This document shows, in pieces, positions 53,458 through 62,199 of a stretch of 64,000 bases of DNA. Source of the DNA: Escherichia coli (GTDB taxonomy: Bacteria; Pseudomonadota; Gammaproteobacteria; Enterobacterales; Enterobacteriaceae); assembly GCF_003790525.1 (NCBI RefSeq), contig NZ_CP033635.1. One strand, 5' to 3'. Made by a program: the position numbers and the translations under genes. Position 1 is the first letter of the stretch, and each line of letters begins with the position of its first letter. The notes below the pieces were generated by a model, which saw only the letters and a program-made list of their open reading frames with translations, was not told where the DNA came from and ran no database searches.

Positions 53458-56400
53458 TTATACCGTTGCTGCGTCGGTCACAACACCCAGCTCTTCGACT
53501 ATCTTTTGTAGGCGGGCGATCTGCTCTATATCAGGGAACACACCGGTAACGCCTTCGTTGTGGATATGCGTAAAAGGCTGTTCAAAGAGCTGCCGCATTT
53601 CAATGGTGCCGTAATCGCGAATGTGGTTTTTCAGCAATGACAGGAAGCGCAATTGCTGGCTGGTCAGGCTGTTATCAGCGGCGAACTGAGCAAAGCGCAC
53701 TTCCACCGCGTCGCTGTCCATCCCGATGATGGTACGCAATAGTTTATCCAGGCTGGCGGTCGCCTGCGGGTAGAACTCTTTCAGTGCCCGGATATCAACG
53801 TTAGGGTTCTGGATCAGCACCAGTTTAGCCAGTTCATCCAGCTCGCTTTGCGTCACAGGCTCGCCGTTGCGGATTTTCTTCAGCACCGGATTTTGCTGGA
53901 ACAGCGGCTCCAGCGCTCCCTGCACCTGCTGGCGATAGAGTTTGAAGTCAATCGAGCGGATGTTGGTTTTGCGGTTTTCCGTCTGAATCAGGTTCGCATC
54001 TTCGGTAATATCCACCTGTATCGAACCAAATTTCGGCGTCGCGTCTTTTTCCATCAGGTGCATGATGCCGCGCAGATGAATGCGGATATCTTCCAGCTCT
54101 TCCAGGCTGGCCTGCTTCCACCAGCCTAAATCACGAAGCTGATTGATCCGCGGTCCTTGCTGTTGGACCTGCGCCAAATGCGGCGGCAGGCGCTCCACTT
54201 TTTCGACGATGACCGGCCAGAGCACATCCAGCTCTTCCGGGTTGGTATAACGGGCAGTTTGCGCCGCCAGAATATCCATATCAAAGCGCATAGCGTCGCT
54301 TTGCCCGCGCACGTCCAGCCACTGCATCAGCGGGGCCAGGACAGATAGCAAATCCTGCTGTGTTTTCGGGGAAAGCTGGCGCAGCACTTTTTCATCGCTG
54401 TACTGCGCTTTTTGATGCCACTTTTCCTGGACGGCAATCGACTTTTCATCCAGTGCATTGATTTGCTCGCGTAGCTGGTGAGCAACTAAATCCACCGCCT
54501 GTTTGTCGAATTTACGTTGCGCAGCGGCCCCCAGCATAACCCACGCTTCGAAGCGTTTTTGTGCAAGCGATTTTGTCGCTGTGACTTCGGCCTCTTCGGT
54601 ATGCAGTTCGTGATACTCAAAATTGCCCCAGTGATCGAAAATGCGGAATTTCTGTTTATCCAGAGGTTTGCCGTTATCGTCGTAACCGTACAACCCCGGA
54701 CAGAGGCGCGTACCACGGCCAATCATCTGCCAGAACTTCACTTTTGATTTGACCGGTTTGGCAAAGACCAGATTCACAATTTCCGGGACATCAATACCGG
54801 TATCGAGCATGTCAACGGAGATAGCGATGGTCAGCTCTTTGTTGGTGCTTTCATCCAGCCCTTTAAAATCATCAATCAGTTGCTCGGCGCGGGGATCGTA
54901 ATTGTCGATGACCTGGCAGAAGCGCCCGGCAAACTGCGGGTACATATCGTCGAATAATTCATTCAACAGCAGCGCGTGTTTGTGGTTACGGGCGAAAATG
55001 ATGGTTTTACCTGGCAACTGGCCGTCCCGATCTTTCAGGCCATTTTCCATCAGGTTACGCAGGATATAGCGGTTGGTGTCTTTGTTGTAGATCGCCTCAT
55101 CCAGCGCCTTGCCATCAAACTCCAGCGTATTGGGATCTATGCCTTGTTCTTCCAGCTCGCGGATTTGTGCGTCGCTTAATTTCTCCCGTTTGATGCCTTC
55201 GCGCAGGAATTCTGTGGTGTGCGTGACAACCTCATAGGGAACCAGATTGTTATCGGCGATGGCATCTTCCAGGCTGTAGTTGGCGGTAGGAATACGTCCT
55301 TCACAACCAAACAGGCCGAAAGTGGTTTTACTCACCATGTCAATCGGCGTGGCCGTCAGGCCAATCTGGAGGGCATCAAAATACTTAAACAGATCGCCGT
55401 AAACGTTGTAGATAGAGCGATGGGATTCATCGGCGATGATCAAATCGAAATAACCAACATCGAAATGGTCCATGATTTTCATCATACCAGGATAGGTGGC
55501 GATGTAGATCCTAGCATTCTGCCTGTCTGCTTTTTTCGATTTCCCGACCACATACAGCGGCTCATTGGTGAATTGATTAAAGGCATTCGCCGCCTGTTTA
55601 CGTAGTTCCTTGCGGTCGCAAAGAAACAGGACGCGTTTTACCCAGCGGGCATCAATCATTAGTTTGCTTAGCGCTATTGCCACGCGGGTTTTGCCTGTAC
55701 CCGTAGCCTGAACAATTAGCGATTGCCGGTATTTGTTGGTAAACCGCTCGCTGACACGGGCAATGGTTTCAAGCTGGTACAAACGTCCGGCAACGGCCTT
55801 ACCTTCGTTATCTTTTACGTGCGGCACACTGTTCAGCGGAAGACGGGTTTCACGCTGTTGAATAAGATATTGCAGGCTTTCCTTGCTGTAGAAGCCAAAC
55901 ACCCGACGCGGGGGATAACCATGAGTTTTATGGTCATCCCACAGCCAGATATCATAGCCGTTGGTGTAGAAGATGATCGGACGCTGGTCGTATTCTTTTT
56001 CCAGCCAGTCTGCATACAGCCGGGCCTGAATTCGTCCTTGCTCGGCATTGACGCTGGTTTTTTTTGCTTCCACCACCGCCAGCGGTTTGTGTGCCTCATC
56101 CCACAAGACATAGTCCGCATAACCGTCTCCGGTCGCGGTAGGTTGTTCTTTAACGGGATGTTCCTGCGTAACCTGATCGGTATTTTTAAGGCCTTCGCCT
56201 ACATTCCAGTCAGCAGCAAGCAGGCGAGAGTCAATCAGGCGACGGCGGGTTTCCGCTTCATCAATAGAGAGAATATCGGCAACATGCTGGTTACGCGCTC
56301 TGGCTTCATTCAGGCGTTGAGTGAGGTGTTCGGCCTTTTCCTGTTCTTGCTGTAGTGCGCGTTGCAGCGCCAGTTCGCGCTCACGGCTTTCATCCTGAGC

Positions 56401-56874
56401 CCTGATTGCATCTTCCAGACGTTTTTCATCTGCACGACCTGAAGATTGTGTTAATGGAGGGAGTGTAAATTTGGGGCAGTCATCAACATTACCGTGGGCG
56501 TAGCGAACATACAGCCAAATTCCCAACAAATACGCTTCTTTGAGCAGCCAGTAAGTATCTTTAGCTTTGATACGTCCGCCGTGCGCGGCACGGTTGCCAT
56601 GGATACGCAGCGCATCCATTTTCATGATGATGGCTTCCGGCATCATGCTGGTAAAGACATCAGCATTCATTAAATCGTAAAGATTAGCCTTAATACCTTC
56701 CGGCAACCGCTCCTGACGATACAACCAGCGCACCATCAATTCGGTGTAGTTGCGCAGCTTGACCAGACAACTTTCCGGATCGGAGTGAACATAGCGTTCC
56801 GCCATACACGCGAGTTCAGCCAGTTCCGGCCACTGGCTGCGCAACATTTCAAAATTGAGAGACTGCTCCATCAA
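53458..56874 (-). CDS. hsdR: type I restriction endonuclease/translocase subunit, long form
   Basis: 1138 aa. It has a PD-(D/E)xK-like nuclease core (GYADYVLWDEAHKPLAVVEAKK), SF2 helicase motif I VQATGTGKT and motif II IIADESHRS. An additional roughly 150-aa N-terminal helical domain and a long C-terminal extension are also present. Confidence 0.9.
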   Translation of the reverse strand: MMEQSLNFEMLRSQWPELAELACMAERYVHSDPESCLVKLRNYTELMVRWLYRQERLPEGIKANLYDLMNADVFTSMMPEAIIMKMDALRIHGNRAAHGGRIKAKDTYWLLKEAYLLGIWLYVRYAHGNVDDCPKFTLPPLTQSSGRADEKRLEDAIRAQDESRERELALQRALQQEQEKAEHLTQRLNEARARNQHVADILSIDEAETRRRLIDSRLLAADWNVGEGLKNTDQVTQEHPVKEQPTATGDGYADYVLWDEAHKPLAVVEAKKTSVNAEQGRIQARLYADWLEKEYDQRPIIFYTNGYDIWLWDDHKTHGYPPRRVFGFYSKESLQYLIQQRETRLPLNSVPHVKDNEGKAVAGRLYQLETIARVSERFTNKYRQSLIVQATGTGKTRVAIALSKLMIDARWVKRVLFLCDRKELRKQAANAFNQFTNEPLYVVGKSKKADRQNARIYIATYPGMMKIMDHFDVGYFDLIIADESHRSIYNVYGDLFKYFDALQIGLTATPIDMVSKTTFGLFGCEGRIPTANYSLEDAIADNNLVPYEVVTHTTEFLREGIKREKLSDAQIRELEEQGIDPNTLEFDGKALDEAIYNKDTNRYILRNLMENGLKDRDGQLPGKTIIFARNHKHALLLNELFDDMYPQFAGRFCQVIDNYDPRAEQLIDDFKGLDESTNKELTIAISVDMLDTGIDVPEIVNLVFAKPVKSKVKFWQMIGRGTRLCPGLYGYDDNGKPLDKQKFRIFDHWGNFEYHELHTEEAEVTATKSLAQKRFEAWVMLGAAAQRKFDKQAVDLVAHQLREQINALDEKSIAVQEKWHQKAQYSDEKVLRQLSPKTQQDLLSVLAPLMQWLDVRGQSDAMRFDMDILAAQTARYTNPEELDVLWPVIVEKVERLPPHLAQVQQQGPRINQLRDLGWWKQASLEELEDIRIHLRGIMHLMEKDATPKFGSIQVDITEDANLIQTENRKTNIRSIDFKLYRQQVQGALEPLFQQNPVLKKIRNGEPVTQSELDELAKLVLIQNPNVDIRALKEFYPQATASLDKLLRTIIGMDSDAVEVRFAQFAADNSLTSQQLRFLSLLKNHIRDYGTIEMRQLFEQPFTHIHNEGVTGVFPDIEQIARLQKIVEELGVVTDAATV

Positions 56875-57450
56875 TCATCGCCTTATGTCGTGGATACAAC
56901 AGCATTTCTGGAAAGAATATCACACTAATTTGGCCGACGAAGTGAGCCGGATGGCATATGGTGGTGATGTGTTTAACGACATAACTGCTCTAACGGTCAG
57001 ATCCTTGGTTTTCGCCCATCAATGGGCATCTTCAGCCATGGCTACTCACAGGATACCTTGCTAACCAATGAAGGTATGGCTGATCATCTATGGGATATGT
57101 TTTTTGAGCCAATAAAACGATGGAGCTTTTCTCCAAGTTCATCATTAATGAATTTTGTTTCAATGCATTAATCAACTCTTCGCATTTTCGCTATCTTTTA
57201 TCCACTTCCCTTTTGAAAAGGTGGGTATCTACGTTACCAATACTGGTTTAATGGCTACATACGGCGGTCCGTTTACGCTTACGGTAAAGATAAGCGATAA
57301 GCTCCCAGCGCTAGGACCGGGAGCTCTGCATAGCTACCACCATTTAGGATAGTCGTTAAAAGCACGTAATATTGATTGCCTGGCAGCAGGCATCAAGCTT
57401 TTCACTTCCTTTTGAAAGGGAGATACCACCATTGATATCTTCCTTCATAC

Positions 57451-58025
57451 ATGACCAATTCAGCACACCAGCGACTGGATATGGCGGGAAATGGTGGCCC
57501 GGGGGTTACAGGCAGTGAAACCATCGTCAGGGATGCTGTTGCCAAATGGCGTAAAGGCTGGAACCCACCAGTTACTACTGCCGCCAGACTTCCTTCAGTG
57601 TCCCGGGTAAGCCGCTGGTTGATGCCCTGGATAATAATCAGGGGTGAAGAAAATTATGCTTCCCGATTTATTAGTCTGATGTGTGAAAAAGAACCGGCGC
57701 TGAAAATAGCGCAGCAACTAGTACTTGAGTTCTACCGTATTCTGAAAACCCCAAATAAATCAAATCTAAGCAGTTGGTTCACTCGAGTCCACGAAAACGG
57801 TTCAGCAGAACTTCGGCGCGTGGCTGCGGGGATGGAAGCTGATGCTGCGGCTATATGTGAGGCAACCAGCAGCCGCTGGAGTAACGGTGTTGTCGAAGGT
57901 CATGTAAATCGCCTGAAGATGCTGAAACATCTGATGTATGGTCGAGCCGGATTTGAACTACTTAGGCAGAGGGTAATGAGTCCACTGGCATGAAAATCTC
58001 CACCTAGGTTGCGGAAGAGCCACTT
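57451..58025 (+). pseudogene. ISL3-family transposase C-terminal fragment plus terminal inverted repeat
   Basis: The 180-aa ORF ends ...RWSNGVVEGHVNRLKMLKHLMYGRAGFELLRQRVM, the conserved ISL3 transposase tail. ggttgcggaagagcc (reverse complement GGCTCTTCCGCAACC) follows at about 58007-58021 and looks like an ISL3-type terminal repeat. The N-terminal two-thirds of the transposase are absent. Confidence 0.6.
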
Positions 58026-58292
58026 TTGCACCGTTCGTGATAATACCGTAAATAAGCCTCTGAAAGTTATAGGATATGACACAACTAAAGAAGTCTGTGT
58101 GAACCGCGTAATACCAAGTGAATTGCTTGTTATATCTGTTTAATTAAACCTAATCGACCAGCCTTACTGGAGAGGCTGGTTAGTGATTAACTGGGAGTAT
58201 TGCAATTAGATGTGTTCTACAGGCCCACGAAGGTAGATGGCTGCCAGAGTTCATCTTCGCGTGTAAAAGACTCTTAGTTGATTAATTCTAAT

Positions 58293-58601
58293 TTATCGAT
58301 CTATTACGCGATCATAATATTCGATGATTTGCAGTGCAACAGCAGCAATTTGTACTGCTTCCTCCCTACTGGTACCGGCTGCTTTACCACCAAAACGATC
58401 ATGGAGGACAGCCTGATGAAATTCTCCCACCTCTTCTCCGAGAATCGCTCCCCAGATAAAAGGATCTTGATTACGGTCTGCCCCCCATTTGGCATCCTGC
58501 CGTTGCATTTCCGCTAGCACGTCAGACAGGGCTTTAGTGTCTTGATGTTTACCTTTCATGTTTCCCTTACGAATCCGTGATTTTAAGTCCATCATTAACA
58601 T
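58293..58601 (-). CDS. small MazG-like (all-alpha NTP pyrophosphohydrolase) protein
   Basis: 102-aa ORF, or 88 aa from the internal MKGKHQD. It has the EExxE-type metal site in WGAILGEEVGEFHQAV and a second acidic helix REEAVQIAAVALQIIEYYD, typical of MazG/dimeric-dUTPase-like folds. Confidence 0.6.
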   Translation of the reverse strand: MLMMDLKSRIRKGNMKGKHQDTKALSDVLAEMQRQDAKWGADRNQDPFIWGAILGEEVGEFHQAVLHDRFGGKAAGTSREEAVQIAAVALQIIEYYDRVIDR

Positions 58602-58702
58602 TTAATATGTGCAGAGTCCATTAATTCGCTACATCTCATTTTGTGAATGAGCGTTGAGTTTGCTATAAACGTAGCAACCAAGAAAAATAAAAGTGGATAA
58701 TT

Positions 58703-59029
58703 TTGTTCATTACCTTTCAAAGCAAGAAGTTAAGGACTATTTGCGAGAGTATGCATGAGGCAAATGAGATCTTTGGTGACAAAGTGGCATCAAGACTACG
58801 CTCGCGACTTTCCGATCTTTCCGTGACAGACAACATATTACTGTTGCCCGTAGGTTCGCCGGAGGTCTGCTTTGAGGATGGGGAAGAGTGTATTACAATT
58901 ACCATTCTCGGTGATGTAAAAATGGGATTTGTCTGTGGGAATACAGTTCAGCCCAAAAATCAAGATAATACAATTAACTGGTCCCGAGTTAGCCGGATAC
59001 GGTTAGTGTTCATAGGTGACGTGAAATGA
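58703..59029 (+). CDS. HigB-like / plasmid-maintenance killer-type toxin (RelE superfamily)
   Basis: 108 aa with a TTG start. The N-terminus (M)FITFQSKKLRTICE resembles the F-x-x-KKL-x-x-C opening of HigB-type killer proteins. The stop overlaps the downstream gene by 4 nt. Confidence 0.5.
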   Translation: MFITFQSKKLRTICESMHEANEIFGDKVASRLRSRLSDLSVTDNILLLPVGSPEVCFEDGEECITITILGDVKMGFVCGNTVQPKNQDNTINWSRVSRIRLVFIGDVK

Positions 59030-60108
59030 TAGTTACGCAGGACTTCCAGCCTGACTGGGTATCTCCACCCGGTGATACAATTATAGATCTAATGGATGAA
59101 CATGGGCTTTCTGGTGAAGAACTGAGTAAGAGGATTGGATTGTCTCTTATCCGGGGTCAGCAACTTCTTGAAGGAAAAATCCGACTCAATGAGTCTCTGG
59201 CTTGTAAGCTTGAGGAGTTATTCAACGTATCGACAGACTTCTGGATCAAGCGCGAAGTCGCTTATCGCCAGCAAATTGGATACCTCGAGAAAGTGAATAA
59301 TGATTGGCTCGAATCATTGCCTGTACGTGATATGATGGAGTTTGGTTGGATCCCCAAAACTACAACTCGGGAAAGTAAATTCCAGCACTGCCTATCGTTT
59401 TTCGGAATAAATTCCGTCAATGATTTTTTTTATAAAATTCAGTCAGATGCTCCTTTGGTCGCTTTTCGTAAATCTCTTAATCTGGCAACCGAGCCTATGG
59501 CCGATTTGGTGTGGCTGACTAGGGCTGCACAACTTACCTCAAACCAAAACTGTGCTGTATGGGATAAAGAGGGGCTGATAGCATTGTTGCCAGAACTGCG
59601 CAAAGCTACAAATGAACCCGACATGAGGATTTTTATCCCTTACATTCGCGACCTTCTCGCCACTGCTGGAGTTTCTCTCGTTGTGTTGCCAACGCCAAAG
59701 GGATGTCGGGCAAGTGGTGCTACCTGCTTTTTTACACCAGATCGCGCAACCCTAGTCATGAGTTTCCGTTATCTGACCGATGACCATTTTTGGTTTACGC
59801 TGTTTCATGAGATTGGGCATCTCATCTTGCATGAAGCTGTCCGAGTTCGCGTAGAAGGTAAAGATAGTCTTTCGTCGGAAGAGGAAAAGGAAGCAGATAA
59901 ATTTGCCGTTGATGTTCTTATCCCAGAAGAATACCGGCAGCAACTTAGTCGCTATGGTGTCCGGCATTGGAAAGAGATCATCCGGTTAGCTAGGAAAATG
60001 GGGGTATCCAAAGGGATCGTACTGGGATATTTGCAGCATGAAGGTAATATACCTTTTTCTCACCTTAATCGGTTTAAAGTGAGATTCCGTAAAGAAGATA
60101 TCGTCTGA
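59026..60108 (+). CDS. XRE-type HTH fused to an ImmA/IrrE (M78, COG2856) zinc metallopeptidase
   Basis: 360 aa with an N-terminal HTH region (GDTIIDLMDEHGLSGEELSKRIGLSLIRGQQLLEGK). The C-terminal part has the HEXXH motif in WFTLFHEIGHLILHE. Confidence 0.7.
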   Translation: MIVTQDFQPDWVSPPGDTIIDLMDEHGLSGEELSKRIGLSLIRGQQLLEGKIRLNESLACKLEELFNVSTDFWIKREVAYRQQIGYLEKVNNDWLESLPVRDMMEFGWIPKTTTRESKFQHCLSFFGINSVNDFFYKIQSDAPLVAFRKSLNLATEPMADLVWLTRAAQLTSNQNCAVWDKEGLIALLPELRKATNEPDMRIFIPYIRDLLATAGVSLVVLPTPKGCRASGATCFFTPDRATLVMSFRYLTDDHFWFTLFHEIGHLILHEAVRVRVEGKDSLSSEEEKEADKFAVDVLIPEEYRQQLSRYGVRHWKEIIRLARKMGVSKGIVLGYLQHEGNIPFSHLNRFKVRFRKEDIV

Positions 60109-60110
60109 TA

Positions 60111-61055
60111 TCAGCCGCCGAAATAGACATAACGGTCAGGTGATTTCTGCCAGTTGCACAACGCATCTTCAATAACCTGCATTCTCAAGTAGGGTGCAGG
60201 AATAATTGCCGCAAGGTCAGCTAGTTTTTCATTCAATACGTCTATTGTGTCACCAGCAGTCCGGCTATTGCTGAAAAGTAGCCGGCTTCCTTGAAGGGGC
60301 CCGGTTGCTCCATTCAGAAAAGCATGACCCGGCTCTACATCCAGAAGTCCCGTTTTCTTGAGCATAGTTAGGTAATCAAATTTTGCGGTTCGTCCAAATG
60401 AGATCACGGCATTTAGCCCTGAATACAATAGTTCGAATAAAGATTCTGGTGAAGATGAAAAGCTCTTGGCCTCTGCAAACCTAGCCTCATGACTGTGTGT
60501 AGCACCAATGAATCCGATGTAAGAGCGAAAAACCGCAGGTATTGAACGACGAGAGTGATATTTCTTCGTTTCATATTTCCGATGGTTACCATATTGTCTT
60601 AGGCTACTGTTAGCTGTCAACTCATCAGAGACGCTGGCGAACCATTGTTCAAAAGCAGCAAAGTCATCAGTTATCGTATCCCATGTCCACGTTTGTGTAC
60701 CGAGTCCACTGTATATATCTCGACACAAAATCCAGCCGGTTTTGTTACTCTTGCCGAAATGTGTGGCAAGGAAAACCAGCCAGCAGGCTTCATCGTAATT
60801 GTTGTCACGAAGATAAAGGCAGGCAGCGCGGAGAGGATCAAAAACATCAGAATTCGGCTCTTTTCGTAACGGAGTCATATAATCGGTCCGTAATGCAAGA
60901 GTTTCCACATAGCGTATACGACGTATACTGTCGATAATCTGACAGGCTAAAACATCAAAGCAGGCAGGAGAACTTAGGCCATTTAGGTTGTGTTCATTGC
61001 GGCTAAAATTTTGCAAATTACTAACCAGCTGACTGATTTGATTATGTCTTTTCAT
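60111..61055 (-). CDS. hypothetical 314-aa protein translationally coupled to the TS-like gene (possible aGPT-pyrophosphorylase-like / HhH-glycosylase-fold protein; unverified)
   Basis: The ATG overlaps the TS-like stop (ATGA). No classical motif is certain. The segments GNHRKYETKKYHSRR, FGRTAKFDYLTMLKKTGLL and NGATGPLQG remind me of the family annotated as alpha-glutamyl/putrescinyl thymine pyrophosphorylase clade 3. This rests on memory only. Confidence 0.35.
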   Translation of the reverse strand: MKRHNQISQLVSNLQNFSRNEHNLNGLSSPACFDVLACQIIDSIRRIRYVETLALRTDYMTPLRKEPNSDVFDPLRAACLYLRDNNYDEACWLVFLATHFGKSNKTGWILCRDIYSGLGTQTWTWDTITDDFAAFEQWFASVSDELTANSSLRQYGNHRKYETKKYHSRRSIPAVFRSYIGFIGATHSHEARFAEAKSFSSSPESLFELLYSGLNAVISFGRTAKFDYLTMLKKTGLLDVEPGHAFLNGATGPLQGSRLLFSNSRTAGDTIDVLNEKLADLAAIIPAPYLRMQVIEDALCNWQKSPDRYVYFGG

Positions 61056-62032
61056 TGTAGTCTTCCTTCAAAAATAAACCGATATTCCTGATTTTTCATT
61101 GCAGCCAACTCTTGGAAGGCTAGTCCTTTGTGGTTGGGTGTATGTGAACGTAACAAAAAGTGGATTTTTAATATACGCAATAAATCCTTCCAGTAGTCAT
61201 TCAAGGAAGTAGTGTCAATATCAAATTCCTTATTCTCTCGAAGAGCTTTTTCTGCCTCAAGCAGGGGTAAGATATCATCTAAGGAATGCATTTCAGGCAT
61301 CGATCCCATGACTGGTAGGGTGCTCATGAACCCCTCTTTCTGAAGAGCCTTCACTTTTTCTAAATCATTTTTATAGAGATGTAGGCTGGATACAAAGTGA
61401 TGATAGTGACCCAATTCGCATCCTATCAAGCGGGCAACTAATTCCTGTAGCATCGTGAACGCAAATACATCATGAGGCAGCCCCATAAAGGCATCGTTAG
61501 AACGCATACAAACAAATAGATGCAGCTCTTCACATCTGACAATAAACTGCATAGATATTGTACAAGGAATATCTACGTATTCTCGCTGTTCAGTTTTTGA
61601 GGGCACCAAGTCTGAGGCATCGAAAAGCTGTATTACTGCACGTCTGGTAGGTTTTTTCTCCTGCAAAAGGTTGATAACATTTTTTAGCTGATTATATAAA
61701 CCACGCATATTAAACAACCGTGGCCCGTAACCACCATGTATTTTCCCATCTGACTCAGCGGATTCAGCGTAACGTGGTATGAAGTGTTTTATAAACTCAA
61801 GATCGTTCTGAGCTGAGAGATACCACAGAAATTCACCTAAGCAACTAATTAGTTTTCCTCGGGATTCTGTTCTACTTATTCTTCGGCGGGGGTCGGTAAG
61901 GACAAGATAGGCACCAAGAATCTCTAGAGTTGATCCTTTTGTAGGATCGTTACTGAGTCCATCCGCTAGGATAGCTTGATGAACATCGTTTATCAGATCG
62001 TCAACACACTCAGCCGTTACCAAAAGAGTCAT
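61052..62032 (-). CDS. thymidylate synthase superfamily protein (ThyA / dNMP hydroxymethylase-like)
   Basis: 326 aa. It aligns by eye to the E. coli ThyA core. [14 protein letters not shown] matches [26 protein letters not shown] matches LAPCHAFFQFYV, retaining the catalytic Cys. [27 protein letters not shown] matches [35 protein letters not shown] matches GDTHLYSN. The N- and C-termini are divergent. Confidence 0.75.
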   Translation of the reverse strand: [326 protein letters not shown]

Positions 62033-62199
62033 TTTCTACCTTTTCCTGTATGGTAGTAACTAATCATTACCACCTGTATGGCATATAGTCAATATAGTAT
62101 CAATATCAACATGGTTCACAGGGTAAGTAAGACTTGATCTTACCCAGCAATAGTGGACACGCGGCTAAGTGAGTAAACTCTCAGTCAGAGGTGACTCAC

